Shown: positions 24,979-36,325, numbered from the whole stretch's first letter. The stretch: DNA of 61,867 nucleotides, filler included, from Chiloscyllium plagiosum (GCF_004010195.1; 4 parts of one record of this genome joined end to end with filler, not necessarily neighbours in it), one strand, 5' to 3'. A program made the numbers and translations. The notes: generated by a model from the sequence alone, not told the origin.

Positions 24979-25549
24979 AGTTAAAAATCACACAACACCA
25001 GGTTATAGTCCAACAGGTTTAATTGGAAGCACACTAGCTTTCGGAGCGCCGCTCCTTCAAGAGGTGGTTGTGGAGGATACAATTGTAAGACACAGAATTT
25101 ATAGCAAAAATTTACAGTGTGATGTAACTGAAATTATACATTGAAAAATACCTTGATTGTCTGTTGAGTCTTTCATCTGTTCAACTACCATGATAGTTTC
25201 ACTTCTTTCATGTATGGGGACAGTGCTGAGCTGGAAGTTTAGAACTAGGGTGAGGTGGGGGAAGGGGAAATGAGGAAACTGTTGAAGTCCACATTGATGC
25301 CCTGGGGTTGAAGTGTTCCGAGGCGGAAGATGAGGCATTCTTCCTCCAGGCGTCTGGTGGTGAGGAAGCAGCGGTGAAGGAGGCCTAGGACCTCCTGTAG
25401 GTCGATTTGAGCAGGGATCTTCACTACCACCTGCTGAAGGAGCAGCACGCTGAAAGCTAGTGCTTCCAATTAAACCGGTTGGACTATAACCTGGTGTTGT
25501 ATGATTTTTAACTTTGTCCACCCCAGTCCAACACCAGCATCTCCAAATC
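24979..25549 (-). mobile_element. Penelope 3' fragment with inverted pLTRs
   Basis: RRLEEECLIFRLGTLQPQGINVDF; pLTR in both orientations; direct repeat aaggtt(c/t)gttgaa at 24966 and 25550. Confidence 0.85.
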
Positions 25550-25965
25550 AAGGTTTGTTGAATGTAATTCAGTGACCGCGTATGTGATGGGTGAAAGGGA
25601 CTTGGTAAGAGTTAGGGTATTGTCTATCTGGAAGATTCACGTTTCCAGACATTGTCAGCTGGAAGGCTGTGAGATCTGTATTGGAGCAGCCAAATGGGGA
25701 GGTTTAATAAATGGGTTTTTGCTGCAGACAAGCAGCCAATAAGGTTTTGATAAGCAACATTGCAGAGGTAACAACATAAGTCTTGGTAACTACGTAGATC
25801 CAAATTTAAACCTTTAGTGACAGCCAAGAAGAAACAGACAATATAACTAGCAAATGACAGAAGCTGGTCTGACTTGCCTTGTATGCATCAAAATAGAGCT
25901 TCAGTATAACATGTACATCCATTTTCACATTCTACTGGCTTTTTGTCAGCTTTTCCCTCAGGATC

Positions 25966-26060
25966 TGAAATAATTCCATAGAGGCTGGTATTCCCATCAC
26001 CATTTACAAGTGTATGGTCCGGCTTTCTCAGAGCATCAGAACATCTGACACTCCTGTTTG
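25966..26060 (-). mobile_element. 3' half of a family-A LTR (from the TATA box onward)
   Basis: AAACAGGAGTGTCAG...GGTGATGGGAATACCAGCCTCTATGGAATTATTTCA matches the ends of the 6411 and 14798 LTRs. Confidence 0.7.
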
Positions 26061-28372
26061 TTATTTTGTTAAACAAATACAAAACACAGTTTACAAAAAA
26101 CAGTTAACATTTACAGCTGTATACAACAGCAATTTTACAAAGGGAGAGGAGCAGCAAAGCTAGGCCCCAAAGCCTACCATTCAACCAGTTTACAGGGAGA
26201 TGAGGACAAACCTCAAATCCCAGTTTCACATACAAAAGACAGCAACAATGACATTTGTACATAAAAAACCAATCCAGTTACATAAAAAACAGCGCATACA
26301 ATACAGACCCGGCAAGCCCCCGTCCCTCCCACCTTCCGACCACTAAGGCAGCCCGCCCCTACCCACCTTCTGGCTCTCAGTCCATCCCATGCCCCTTCCA
26401 GTTCTCGGTCCGCCCTGACACACCTTTCGAACACCTCTAGGACAGCCCGCCCTGGTACCCGCCTGGGGTGACAGCTGTCAGGACGGCCTACCCACCTTCC
26501 GGCTTCACAAACCACCCTCAGCACCTTTCGACCACCTCTGGGGCAGCCCGCCCCGGTACCTGCCCGGGGTGACAGCGCTGAGGACGGCTACCTGCCTTCT
26601 GGTTCTCGGTCTGCCCCTACGTACCATTGGGCTCTCACCCACCCCGATGCGCCATCTGGCCAGTGGGCTATCCTGGCACACCCTCTGGCCACCTCTAGGA
26701 CAGCCCGTCTCCTTCCCTGGGACGACAGCGTGCAGGGTAACCCACAAGGCTCCCGGATCTCAGCCCGCCCCTACGTGCCTTCTGGCTCTCGGCTGCTCTG
26801 ACACCTTTCGACCACCTCTAGGACAGCCCGTCCCGATTACCCCTTATCGGGACGACAGTGCTCAGAACAGCCTACCCACCATCTAGCTCTCNNNNNNNNN
26901 NNNNNNNNNNNNNNNNNNNNNNNNNNNNNNNNNNNNNNNNNNNNNNNNNNNNNNNNNNNNNNNNNNNNNNNNNNNNNNNNNNNNNNNNNNNNNNNNNNNN
27001 CACCTCTGGGGTGACAGCGCTGAGGACGGCTACCTGCCTTCTGGTTCTCGGTCTGCCCCTACGTACCATTGGGCTCTCACCCACCCCGATGCGCCGTCTG
27101 GCCAGTGGGCTATCCTGGCACACCTTCTGGCCACCTCTAGGACAGCCCGTCTCCTTCCCTGGGACGACAGCGTGCAGGGTAGCCCACAAGCCTCCCGGAT
27201 CTCAGCCCGCCCCTACATGCCTTCTGGCTCTCGGCTGCTCTGACACCTTTCGACCACCTCTAGGACAGCCCGTCCCGATTACCTCTTTCGGGACGACAGT
27301 GCTCAGAACGGCCTACCCACCATCTGGCTCTCGGGGCAACTTACCAACCTTCAGGTTCACAGGATGGCCTACCCACCCTCCGGCTTTCGGGACAACCTAC
27401 CAACCTTCAGGTTCACAGGATGGCCTACCCACCCTCCGGCTCTCAGGGTGACAGCTTTCAGGATGACCCATGAGCCTCCCAGCTCACAGTAAGGCCTGCC
27501 AGACCCAGGGACACGCAAGACAGTGCGGGTGATAGACCCAGGAAACACCACAATACAGTTAGTTACCAAAAAACAGAGTCCTTTCTGGTACAGTCCAAAT
27601 CTATACAGTCTTCAAAATATAGAATCCATTTCCAGGAAGAGTCCACTCCAGTATACAATGTGCATTGTCGCAAATAGAGTCCGCTTCAAATTGCAGAGTC
27701 CGTTGCTAAAAAGAGTCCTCAACCAAGGGCAGAGTCCACTCCTGAAGGCAGCAAATGCACACCCCACAGCACACAGGTGTTCAGTCTCCATGGAGTCCTG
27801 GCCCAGCCTTGGAAAACTGGGCCCACTCACAGGAACATTGTACAGGTACAGTTAACTCACAGGGGCTTGGTCCACTCCTGAAGGAAAGGTCTTCTCCCAA
27901 ATTCCAGGATAGAGCAACTGCTCACCTCCCAGCACACACACAAGTGTTCAATCTTCACAGGCCCAGTCCCAGGGCTAGGCCTCCCCACAGGAACAGTTCC
28001 TCTGGTAAAATGTCATCTTCCACAAGGGTTCAGCCAAAAACAAATTAAAAAGTGAAGACACATACAAAAAAAACAAAGAAAACTAGAGTCCAAGGGCTAA
28101 GCCCTACCATAAAATTAACATTATCCTTTTCTCAGATACAGAAAGGAGAGAAAAGAGTAACAGGCTGTAACTAGCCAGTGAAACAACTGTCCCCTAATGA
28201 GAACTGAGTTACACCTGAAACACATTATGTGCATCAGGAGTTTAACAATCAGTCCTCACTAAAAGGAATGCCAGTTAACAAACTGACTAAATAATTCAGC
28301 CAGTTCAGTGATCAGGTTTCCCTCTCCAAAAAAGGGAAGCAGAAACCAACAGTAACATGTTGACTGTAGTAC
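26061..28372 (-). mobile_element. Unclassified 2.3-kb non-coding retro-insert with GC-rich internal repeats
   Basis: T-rich 3' end abutting the LTR target motif; repeated units GACACCTTTCGACCACCTCTAGGACAGCCCG; near-duplicate blocks 26568-26890 and 27008-27330. Confidence 0.45.
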
Positions 28373-29030
28373 CAGCCAGCACAGAGTCAGTCCCCTAAAT
28401 TAAGGACACTCTGAATCTCCTGTTTTTTTTTATTTTCTCAGACACCTTCAAGGAGGAGAGTCCTTGCACACACACTGATCCAGCTCTCAGAATGAACGGA
28501 ACCTCTGACACTCCTATTTATTTATTTTTTTCTAACTGCGGTAGTGCTTATTTTTTCCCCAGCACCCACGTTGTGTGAGTGCAGGTGTGAGACACAGTGA
28601 GAGACACAAGGTGTACAAATCTTTATTCAATTTCCACCACCAGGAAGAAATTGGTGGCCAGTGAATCTCCTGTTTGTTTTTATTTTCTTTATTTTAGTGA
28701 ACTGAACTGTGGCACACCTTTTTTTCTTTTAATCTCCTGTTTGTTTTTTTTTCCTTTCTTTTTTCTTTGTTTTCTTTTCTTCTTATCTCCGGTTTTTTTT
28801 ATTTTCCCTTCAATGAGGACAGTCCTTGCACATGTGCGCGCACACACACACTCACACTGATCCAACTCTCAAAAGGGGAAACACCCGAGTGGCCAGTGAT
28901 AAGCACTGCCCTTACACTCCTGTTTATTTATTTATTATTTTCTTCCTTTTTTTTCGGGAGGGCAGGGATTAAATCAAAATAGAATTAACACTCCAGTTTA
29001 TATATCTCCTTATTTTTTTCCTTTTTAATA
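28373..29030 (-). repeat. Stack of short poly(A)-tailed fragments (Tx1 3' UTR pieces and LTR pieces) separated by target motifs
   Basis: Tx1 3' UTR copy at 28533-28662, fragments at 28880-28912 and 28965-28983; LTR pieces at 28373-28420, 28455-28518 and 28817-28872. Confidence 0.7.
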
Positions 29031-29973
29031 TTAAGCCCCACACTACCGCCTAACTGCGGTAGTGCTTATTTTTTCCCCAGCACCATGCTGTGTATGTGTG
29101 CAGGTGTGAGATACAGTGAGAGACACAAAGTGCACAAATCTTTATTCAATTTCCACCACCAGGAAGATAGGAAAACACCTGAGTGGCCAGTGATAAGCAG
29201 TGCCCTTCACAAAAAAGGACAATGCCGTGTGATCAAACAGTGAAGGGGAGTGCAGGGATTAAATCAAAATAGAGTTGGAGGGTGAAATAATGCACTCCAC
29301 TCCCTGCGGCGCCCACCTCTCCCTGAACAACTCCAGGGTGTTGATGGACACTGCCTGCTCCTTCTCCAAGGGCACCTGGGCCCTAACGTAACCGCAGAAG
29401 AGGGGCAGTCGGCCCTAACGACCCCCTCCACGGCCCGCTGCCTGGACCTGTTGATGGCCAGTTTGGCCAGGCCCAGGAGCAGACCCACGAGGAGGTCTTC
29501 AGACCTGCCCTCCCTCCTCCGTACCGGGTGCCCAAAGATCAGGAGCGTGGGACTGAAGTGCAGCCAAAAACAGAGGAGAAGGTTTTTCAGAAAATCAAAA
29601 AGGGAGTGCAAACGCCCACACCCAATATACACGTGGTCCACGGACTCCACAGCGCCACAGAACAAGCAGTTGGGCTGGGAGTCCGTGAACCACCGCAATC
29701 TGCGGTTGCAGGGGACTGCTGCGTGCAGCACCCTCCACCCCAGATCCCCGAGAGAAAGGGGGAGGACTCCCGCGTAGAGAGCCCTCCACTGGGGATCCCC
29801 ACCGCCCGGTGGCAAATGGGCACGCCAAGGCGTGTCCGGACGGTGGATGAGGGAGAAGAGGTGGACGGTGTGCAGCAGCAGTCTGTACAGGGCTCTCCTG
29901 TTCACCTCCCTAAACGAAACAAAGTTAAAATTTCGGAGGCGGCTCAGGTTGTGGGGCACAGGCTCCCGCGGGA
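29031..29973 (-). mobile_element. L1-Tx1 3' fragment (ORF2 C-terminus with CCHC zinc knuckle, plus 3' UTR)
   Basis: DLGWRVLH...CLFCGAVESVDHVYIGC; ends ERWAPQGVECIISPSNSILI* at 29259; AATAAA, terminal hairpin and A-rich tail. Confidence 0.92.
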
Positions 29974-30008
29974 AATCCCCTGTTTATTTTTTTTTTTTTA
30001 CTGTGTTT

Positions 30009-30115
30009 AATCCCCTGTTTATATTAGTCAGTCATGGCTTCCTGATTGGCCCAGGTTAATGATCCAAATCAAGGGTCTCATAGTAAACAAGATCCACCTA
30101 GTTCCAATCACCACA
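30009..30115 (-). mobile_element. 5' half of a family-A LTR (TG end through the TATA box)
   Basis: TGTGGTGATTGG...TTAACCTGGGCCAATCAGG...TGACTAATATAAACAGGGGATT. Confidence 0.75.
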
Positions 30116-30259
30116 TCATTCCTGCAGTCCCCAATAAACTTTTTTTCAGTTTCTTAACTGCATCAAATTCCTGCCTGAAATTGTTTCTAGTCATATTGAT
30201 CTTATAGACAAGATTATACCATATGTCGTACGACAGGAAATGAATATGTTAAATATTGA

Positions 30260-32905
30260 TTATCGCCGCAAGGTCTGAAGACGGAACGTCACGACCTGGG
30301 TCCGGACGCACACCAGCGACTGACCGCCCTCCTCAACAGGGAGACTCAGAACCTGCGCGGCGACCCAGTGCATCTTTTTGTCCCAGAAGAAATCGACCAA
30401 CGTTCTCTGGATGTCAGCGACAAAGCCAGGAGGAGGGACCACAGTGACCAGCTGGTACCACAGCATGGCGGCCACCAGCTGGTTCATGACCTGCACTCGA
30501 CTCCTGTAAGATAGCACTCGGAGCAGTCCTGTCCAGCGGCCTAGGCGAGCCGAGACTTTGGCCTCCAGCTCCTGCCAGTTGTACGGCCAGGATTCCTCGG
30601 CCGGGCTGAGGTAGACCCCCAGGTAGAGAAGATGGGTGGTACTCCAGCTGAACCCCCGTAACTCCTCCGGCAGAGAGTCCACCCGCCACGGACCGACCAG
30701 TAGTCCAGAACATTTGGCCCAGTTGATCCTGGCGGAAGACGCTGCCGAGTACACAGCCTGGCACTCGTGCATCCTCCCCAGTCAGCCGGGTCGGTGAAAG
30801 TGAGGAGCACGTCGTCGGCATAGGCCAAGAGGACCACCCTCGTGCCCGCGCCGCACAGAACCAGCCCCGACAACCTCCTACGCAAGAGGCACAGGAAAGA
30901 CTCCACGCACAGGGAATATAGCTGGCTGGACACGGGGCAGCCTTGACGCACTCCTCTCCCGAAGCGAAGGGGCGCCATCAGGGACCTGTTAACTTTAACC
31001 AGACACTCTGCGGCGGCATACAAAAGTCGGATCCGAGCGACGAACTGCGTCCCGAACCCGAATGTCCGCAGAGTCCCGAGCAGGTACTCGTGATCGACCC
31101 TGTCGAACGCCTTCTCCTGGTTGAGAGACAGGAAGGCGCTCGGCAGACCAGCCCGTCGACAGAAATGGATCAGATCCCGGACCAGGTGGACGTTGTCGTG
31201 TATCCTCCAGTCCAGGACCGTGTAGGACTGGTCCGGGTGAATCATGTGGGCCAGCAGGAAGCCAGGCGAGAAGACAACACCCTGGCGAAGATTTTGTAGT
31301 CCGTGTTGAGGAATGAGACCGGACGCCAGTTCTTCAAAGAACAAAGGTCCCCCTTCTTTGGCAGCAGGACGATAACCGCTCTGCGCCAAGAAAGGGGCAG
31401 CTCTCCAGCATTTAGACACTCCCCCAGGACCTGCGCGTAGTCGCTCCCCAGGACGTCCCAGAATGCCCTGAAGAACTCCACAGTCAGCCCGTCCAGCCCC
31501 CGGATTTTGCCCCTCGAGAGCCGGTCGAGGGCGCCGGTCAGCTCCTCTAAAGTGACGGGAGGGTCGAGCCTTCCGGCGTCCTCCGGGCCGAGCTGTGGCA
31601 GGTCCTCCCACAGAACTCTGCGAGCATCCTCGCTGGACGGATCCGGAGAGACAGAGCCATGTAATAGCTTCAGACGTGGGCCCTGATACCCTCCGGATCT
31701 GAGACAAGGGACCCGTCGTCTGCCAGCGGCACAAGGAGCTGCTGACGGGTTCCACGCCTTTTTTCCAGCGAGTAGAAGGGGGAGCCGCGGTCCAGGTCCT
31801 GGAGGAGCTGGATCCATGACCTCACGTACGCGCCCCGGGCCCCGACGAGCTGCAGGTCCCGGAGCGCGGCCTTCTTCTCTTCGTACGCCCCGCACAGGGC
31901 CGGGTCCGCGTCGGGCTGACCGAGGTGTGACCCCAGGTCGAGCAACTCCCACTCCAACTCCCCGATCCTGGATTTCCGCATCTTCGTCGACCCCCTCGCG
32001 CACTCCTGACAGAAGACGCAGACGTGAGCCTTGCCCACATCCCACCATAGCCTCAGGGAGGGGAAGCTTCCCTGCTTCATTTTCCAGCCGGCCCAGAAAC
32101 GACGAAACGAGTCCCGGAACCGCTCGTCCTCCAGCAGCAGGTTGTTAAAGTGCCAGGACGCGGAGCCGAGCCTGGCTCCGAACGGAAGGAGTTCTGCCCA
32201 CACCAGGTGATGGTCCGTGCACGACACCTCCGCGTGGAGGCCTTCGGAAAACAGGAGGCATATGCCCGCGAAACGTACAGGCGGTCGATTTTGGACCCTC
32301 CAACCCTAGGCCTCACGAAGGTGAAGGCGATGGAGTCAGGATGGAGATTCCGCCAGACGTCCACCAGGTCGAAGGACTTGACCAAGTCCCCCAACCTCTT
32401 CCCCGATGCCCAGCCAGTGCGGGTACCGCCGTGGTCCCTGCCCTCGAGGACACAGTTAAAATCTCCCCAGAGGATGACACACTGGTTCTCGTCGATGGAA
32501 GCGAGATGAGTGGACACTTCTTCAAAGAAGCTCGCTTGCCTCAGCCCGGCCAGGGGAGCGTAGACGTTCACCAAGTGAAACACCGCGCCCCCCAGCCAAA
32601 CAAACAGTCAGGTGAAGCAAACGGCCTGGCACGGGCTCCCTGACCCCAAGGATCTCGGGCTGAAAATGCAGGCCAACAGGATAGCCACCCCGCCAGATCT
32701 GCGGTTGAGGTGACTCATGTAGACCGCCTCCCCCCCCCTCACCTCACCACTCCGGGAGCCAGGTGGCTTCGTCTCCCGGGGTAGTGTGGGTTTCTTGCAG
32801 GAAGCACACTGCATTCCTCCCGTCCCGGAGGACCGAGAGGGTCTGGAATCTGTGCTGTGACTCCCTGCTGCCGTTGATGTTGAAGCTGGCTATAGTTGTC
32901 TCCAT
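30260..32905 (-). pseudogene. L1-Tx1 ORF2 (APE endonuclease + reverse transcriptase), frameshifted and 3'-truncated
   Basis: METTIASFNING...FLQETH; VNVYAP; GDFN; SKIDRLY; DHH; NWRPVS; QEKAFDRV; GVRQGCP; AYADDV. Confidence 0.95.
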
Positions 32906-32958
32906 GTCCGAAGCGTTGTGCAACCACCACCAGTACAGTTAAAAACCTATATACACAT

Positions 32959-33945
32959 TTACAGGGAGGACGGAAGAGGGGCACAGAAGTCCCTCGCCCT
33001 CACCAGGACCGCCCTCAGGAAGTTCCTGACTCGCTTTCGCTCATTGACATCGAGCCCAGGTGCCTGGCGAGCAGCGTGGGCCGACCAGTAAACTCTTTCA
33101 AAGTTGCTCCAGCGGTCGAGCGCCAGTTGGGATCTATCCTGGCGACTCCAAGTTTCTTTGACAAATTCGTGGAGTTCCTCGAGGGAGATGAGGGGGAGAT
33201 TGGTGGGGGGCACCTGGGATTCGAAAATGTCACTGCAGACGGAGTCCGCGTCGTCCCCGGTGTCCGCCACCGATCCCGAACCCTCCTCCGGGAGGTCGCC
33301 CTCGGTCACCGACCTCTCCCCAACCGGGAGGATGGGGGCTGGCCCGGCGCCGCCAACAGGCCTCAAACCCCCAGCGACCCCACCCCCAGGGTCACCGGCG
33401 GTACCTTCCTCGGCGCACCCCTTCCCGGAACGCCCCGAGTTCGGGTCGTCGGGCGGCAGAGGCTCGGGGCCCCGCTCCTCTCCCGACACCGAGACACCTG
33501 GCTCCTCGGGGAAAAGGTCCTCCCCCAGAAAAAGGTCATCCCCCAGGGCTAAGGCCCCCGGAAAAACAGTCTGGGAGGGAGGAGCGAGGATAACACCTTC
33601 CTCCCCTCCACCTCGCGATGACTCCATTGTCGCCCGCACCACGGCCATCGTTGTTGTTGTTAAAGTCCTCCCCAGGGGCCGGAGGAGTTGAGTCAGCAGG
33701 AGGCCCTGCCGTAGCCCCTGGGGTGTTTGGGTAGGACGGGCCGCGGTGCAGGACAGTTAAGAGGCACCAATGGCTCATCCCCTGGAGAGGGGTAGTGCTG
33801 CTAGAGTGTCTCCCCCCTCCAAGGGCCGGTGCCTCTTCCCCAGAGCGACAGGGAGGAATTTATGGGTCATTCCCTCCCCACCCGCCTTGGTGGTCATGGG
33901 GCCCGAGGTCCCTCTCTTTCTTTCCCAGAGAGACCGGGGGGGATT
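32959..33945 (-). pseudogene. L1-Tx1 ORF1 C-terminal part, 5'-truncated
   Basis: Acidic, low-complexity ORF 32959-33648 ending ERKRVRNFLRAV, just upstream of ORF2. Confidence 0.75.
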
Positions 33946-33959
33946 TATATATATATTTT

Positions 33960-34188
33960 TTTCTTTTTTCTTTTTTTTTTCTTCACCCATGGTGTGTGTG
34001 GTGCTTGCGGTTTTTTTTTAATTTTAACCCCCACACTACCACCTAAGTGTGGTAGTGCTTATTTTATCCCCAGCACCCATGGTGTGTGTGTGCAGGTGTG
34101 AGACACAGTGAAAGACACAAAGTGCACCAATCTTTATTCAATTTCCACCACCAGGAAGATAGGAAAACACCCAGGTGGCCAGTGACAA
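33960..34188 (-). mobile_element. A further Tx1 3' UTR and poly(A), directly upstream of the previous copy
   Basis: Closely matches 29035-29200. Confidence 0.9.
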
Positions 34189-34288
34189 NNNNNNNNNNNN
34201 NNNNNNNNNNNNNNNNNNNNNNNNNNNNNNNNTTAATTAATTAANNNNNNNNNNNNNNNNNNNNNNNNNNNNNNNNNNNNNNNNNNNN

Positions 34289-36234
34289 GGCCCCATACCA
34301 TCCTGATTCTCCCAGTCTACCTGCATGTTAAAATCCCCCATAACAACTGTAGTGACATCTTTGCGACAGGCCAATTTCAGCTCCTGATTTAACTTACATC
34401 CGACATCCAGACTACTGTTTGGGGGCCTGTAGATGACTCCCAAGAGGGTCTTTTTACTCTTAGTATTTCGCAGCTCTATCCACACTGACTCTACATCCCC
34501 TGACTCTAGGTCCTCCCGCGTGAGGGACTGAATATCCTCCCTTACCAACAAGGCTACCCCACCCCCTCTGCCCGTCAGTCTGTCCTTACGATAGCACGTG
34601 TAGCCTTGAATATTCATTTCCCAGGCCCTGTCCACTTGAAGCCACGTCTCAGTTATCCCCACCATATTGTATCTGCCAATTTCCAAAGGAGGCTCAAGCT
34701 CATCCATCTTATGTCTAATGCTTCGTGCATTCATGTATAGTATTTTTAATTTGTTACTGCTCTCACCCTTCCCATCAACCCCTATTTCACTCAACCTTAC
34801 AGCATGATCCCTTTGAGTTTTCTGCCTCATTGATACAGTTGTCTTTCTTGACTTCTCTTGTTCTAACTGTCCCTTCAATTTCCTTTTTAAATATCCAGTT
34901 TGTCCCCTCCCCCCGGCTACTTAGTTTAAGTGTAGCGGTGCTGCAGTAGAAAACCTGCCTGCCAGAATACTGGTCCCTAACCTATTAAGGTGCAAACCGT
35001 CTCTCTTGTAGAATTTATGCTTACCACAAAATATACCTCAGTGATCCAAGAACTTAAATCCTTGCTTCCTGCACCAGTTCCCCAATCACATGTTCAAGTC
35101 CATTATCTCCCTGTTTCTGGCCACACTAGCCCGAGGAACTGGAAGCAAACCGGCGATATCCACCCTGGACGACCTGCTTTTCAGCCTTCTTCCTAATCCT
35201 CCGAAGTCTCGCTGTAGTATGTTCCTCCTCTTCTTCCCGACATCATTTGTGCCGACATGTACCACCACCTCTGGCTCTTCATCTTCGTCCTTGAGGATTT
35301 CCTGAACTCTGTCATCGATGTCTTTCACCCTGGCACCAGAAAGGCAACACACCATCCTTAAATACCGTCTGCTGCCACAAAAATCCCGGTCAGTTCCTCT
35401 CACATTGGAGTCCCCTATTACCACGGCTTTGTGCGATGTCCGACTCTTCCGCTCTGCCTCTGCGCCAACTTTTGATTGACAGACCTGGTCGCCTTGCGAA
35501 CTGGCAGTGTCATCAGTCTCTACTGTTTCCAAAAGCTTCAACTTGTTCCTGACAGGTACTTCTCCCGGGGTCTCTTGCACCTGTCTCCTCTCTGCCTTCC
35601 TCATCGTCTGCTCTCTTCTGGCATGATTGGTGTAATAACCTCGCTGAAGGTCTTGTCCAGAAAGATCTCGTTCTCTCGGATGAGCCTAAGGTCCTCGAGT
35701 TCTTTCATCAGCGCTGCAATATGCTCGGTCAATAGCTGAATGTGCATCCACTTTCCACACATATTCGAGCCAGACACACCAGAGTCATTGACCTCCCACA
35801 TCAAGCACGTAGCACACTGAACCAGCTTGGCAGTCATGTCTTCACAATCTTCAACTGTGGCATAATCACTTCACTCAACCTCCTTGTCAAAGAGTCCTGA
35901 GCTGAAGCCTCACTCTTCGATCCAAACTTCCTTAGACCCTCTTTTTGTGGCAAGTCTGTGGACTCTTAATTTAGGTTAGAGGAGGAGGGAGGGAGGGAGA
36001 CCCTACTTTGTAGGACCTGGGGTTTAGAACTCACCCTCTCTAATAGCAATCACTTACCTTCCCGACCGGCTTTGCGCTCCGTCTGAACTTCCGCCCAGCT
36101 CCCGCCGCTCTCTGCTGCGAAAAGACCGTTGGCGTCGAGGTAAGTTCTTTATATAGTAATCACTTACCTTCCCGACTGGCCTTGCACTCCGCCTGAACTT
36201 CCGCCCATCTCCCGCCGCTCTCTGCTGCGAAAAA
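34289..36234 (-). mobile_element. CR1 5' end: 5' UTR, ORF1 (Cys-rich N-terminus + SGNH esterase) and ORF2 endonuclease
   Basis: VQCATCLMWEV; IGDSNVRG...VVHVGTND; YMNARSI...GITETWL...YRPPN...MGDFN; 110-bp tandem duplication at the 5' end. Confidence 0.95.
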
Positions 36235-36325
36235 GTGCTTCCAAATAAACCTGTTGGACTATAACCTGATGTTGTGTGAGTTTTAACTTTGTACACCTCA
36301 GTCCAACACCAACATCTCCAAGTCA
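36235..36325 (+). mobile_element. Penelope pLTR unit remnant abutting the CR1 5' end
   Basis: gtgcttccaaataaacctgttggactataacc...agtccaacacc. Confidence 0.75.

Noticed and set aside
26568..27330. ~320-bp direct duplication as a biological tandem repeat
   Set aside because: The copies flank an N-gap and may be a redundant assembly overlap, although they differ at a few sites.
29451..33691. Plus-strand ORFs over the Tx1 element
   Set aside because: Antisense shadows of GC-rich coding sequence.
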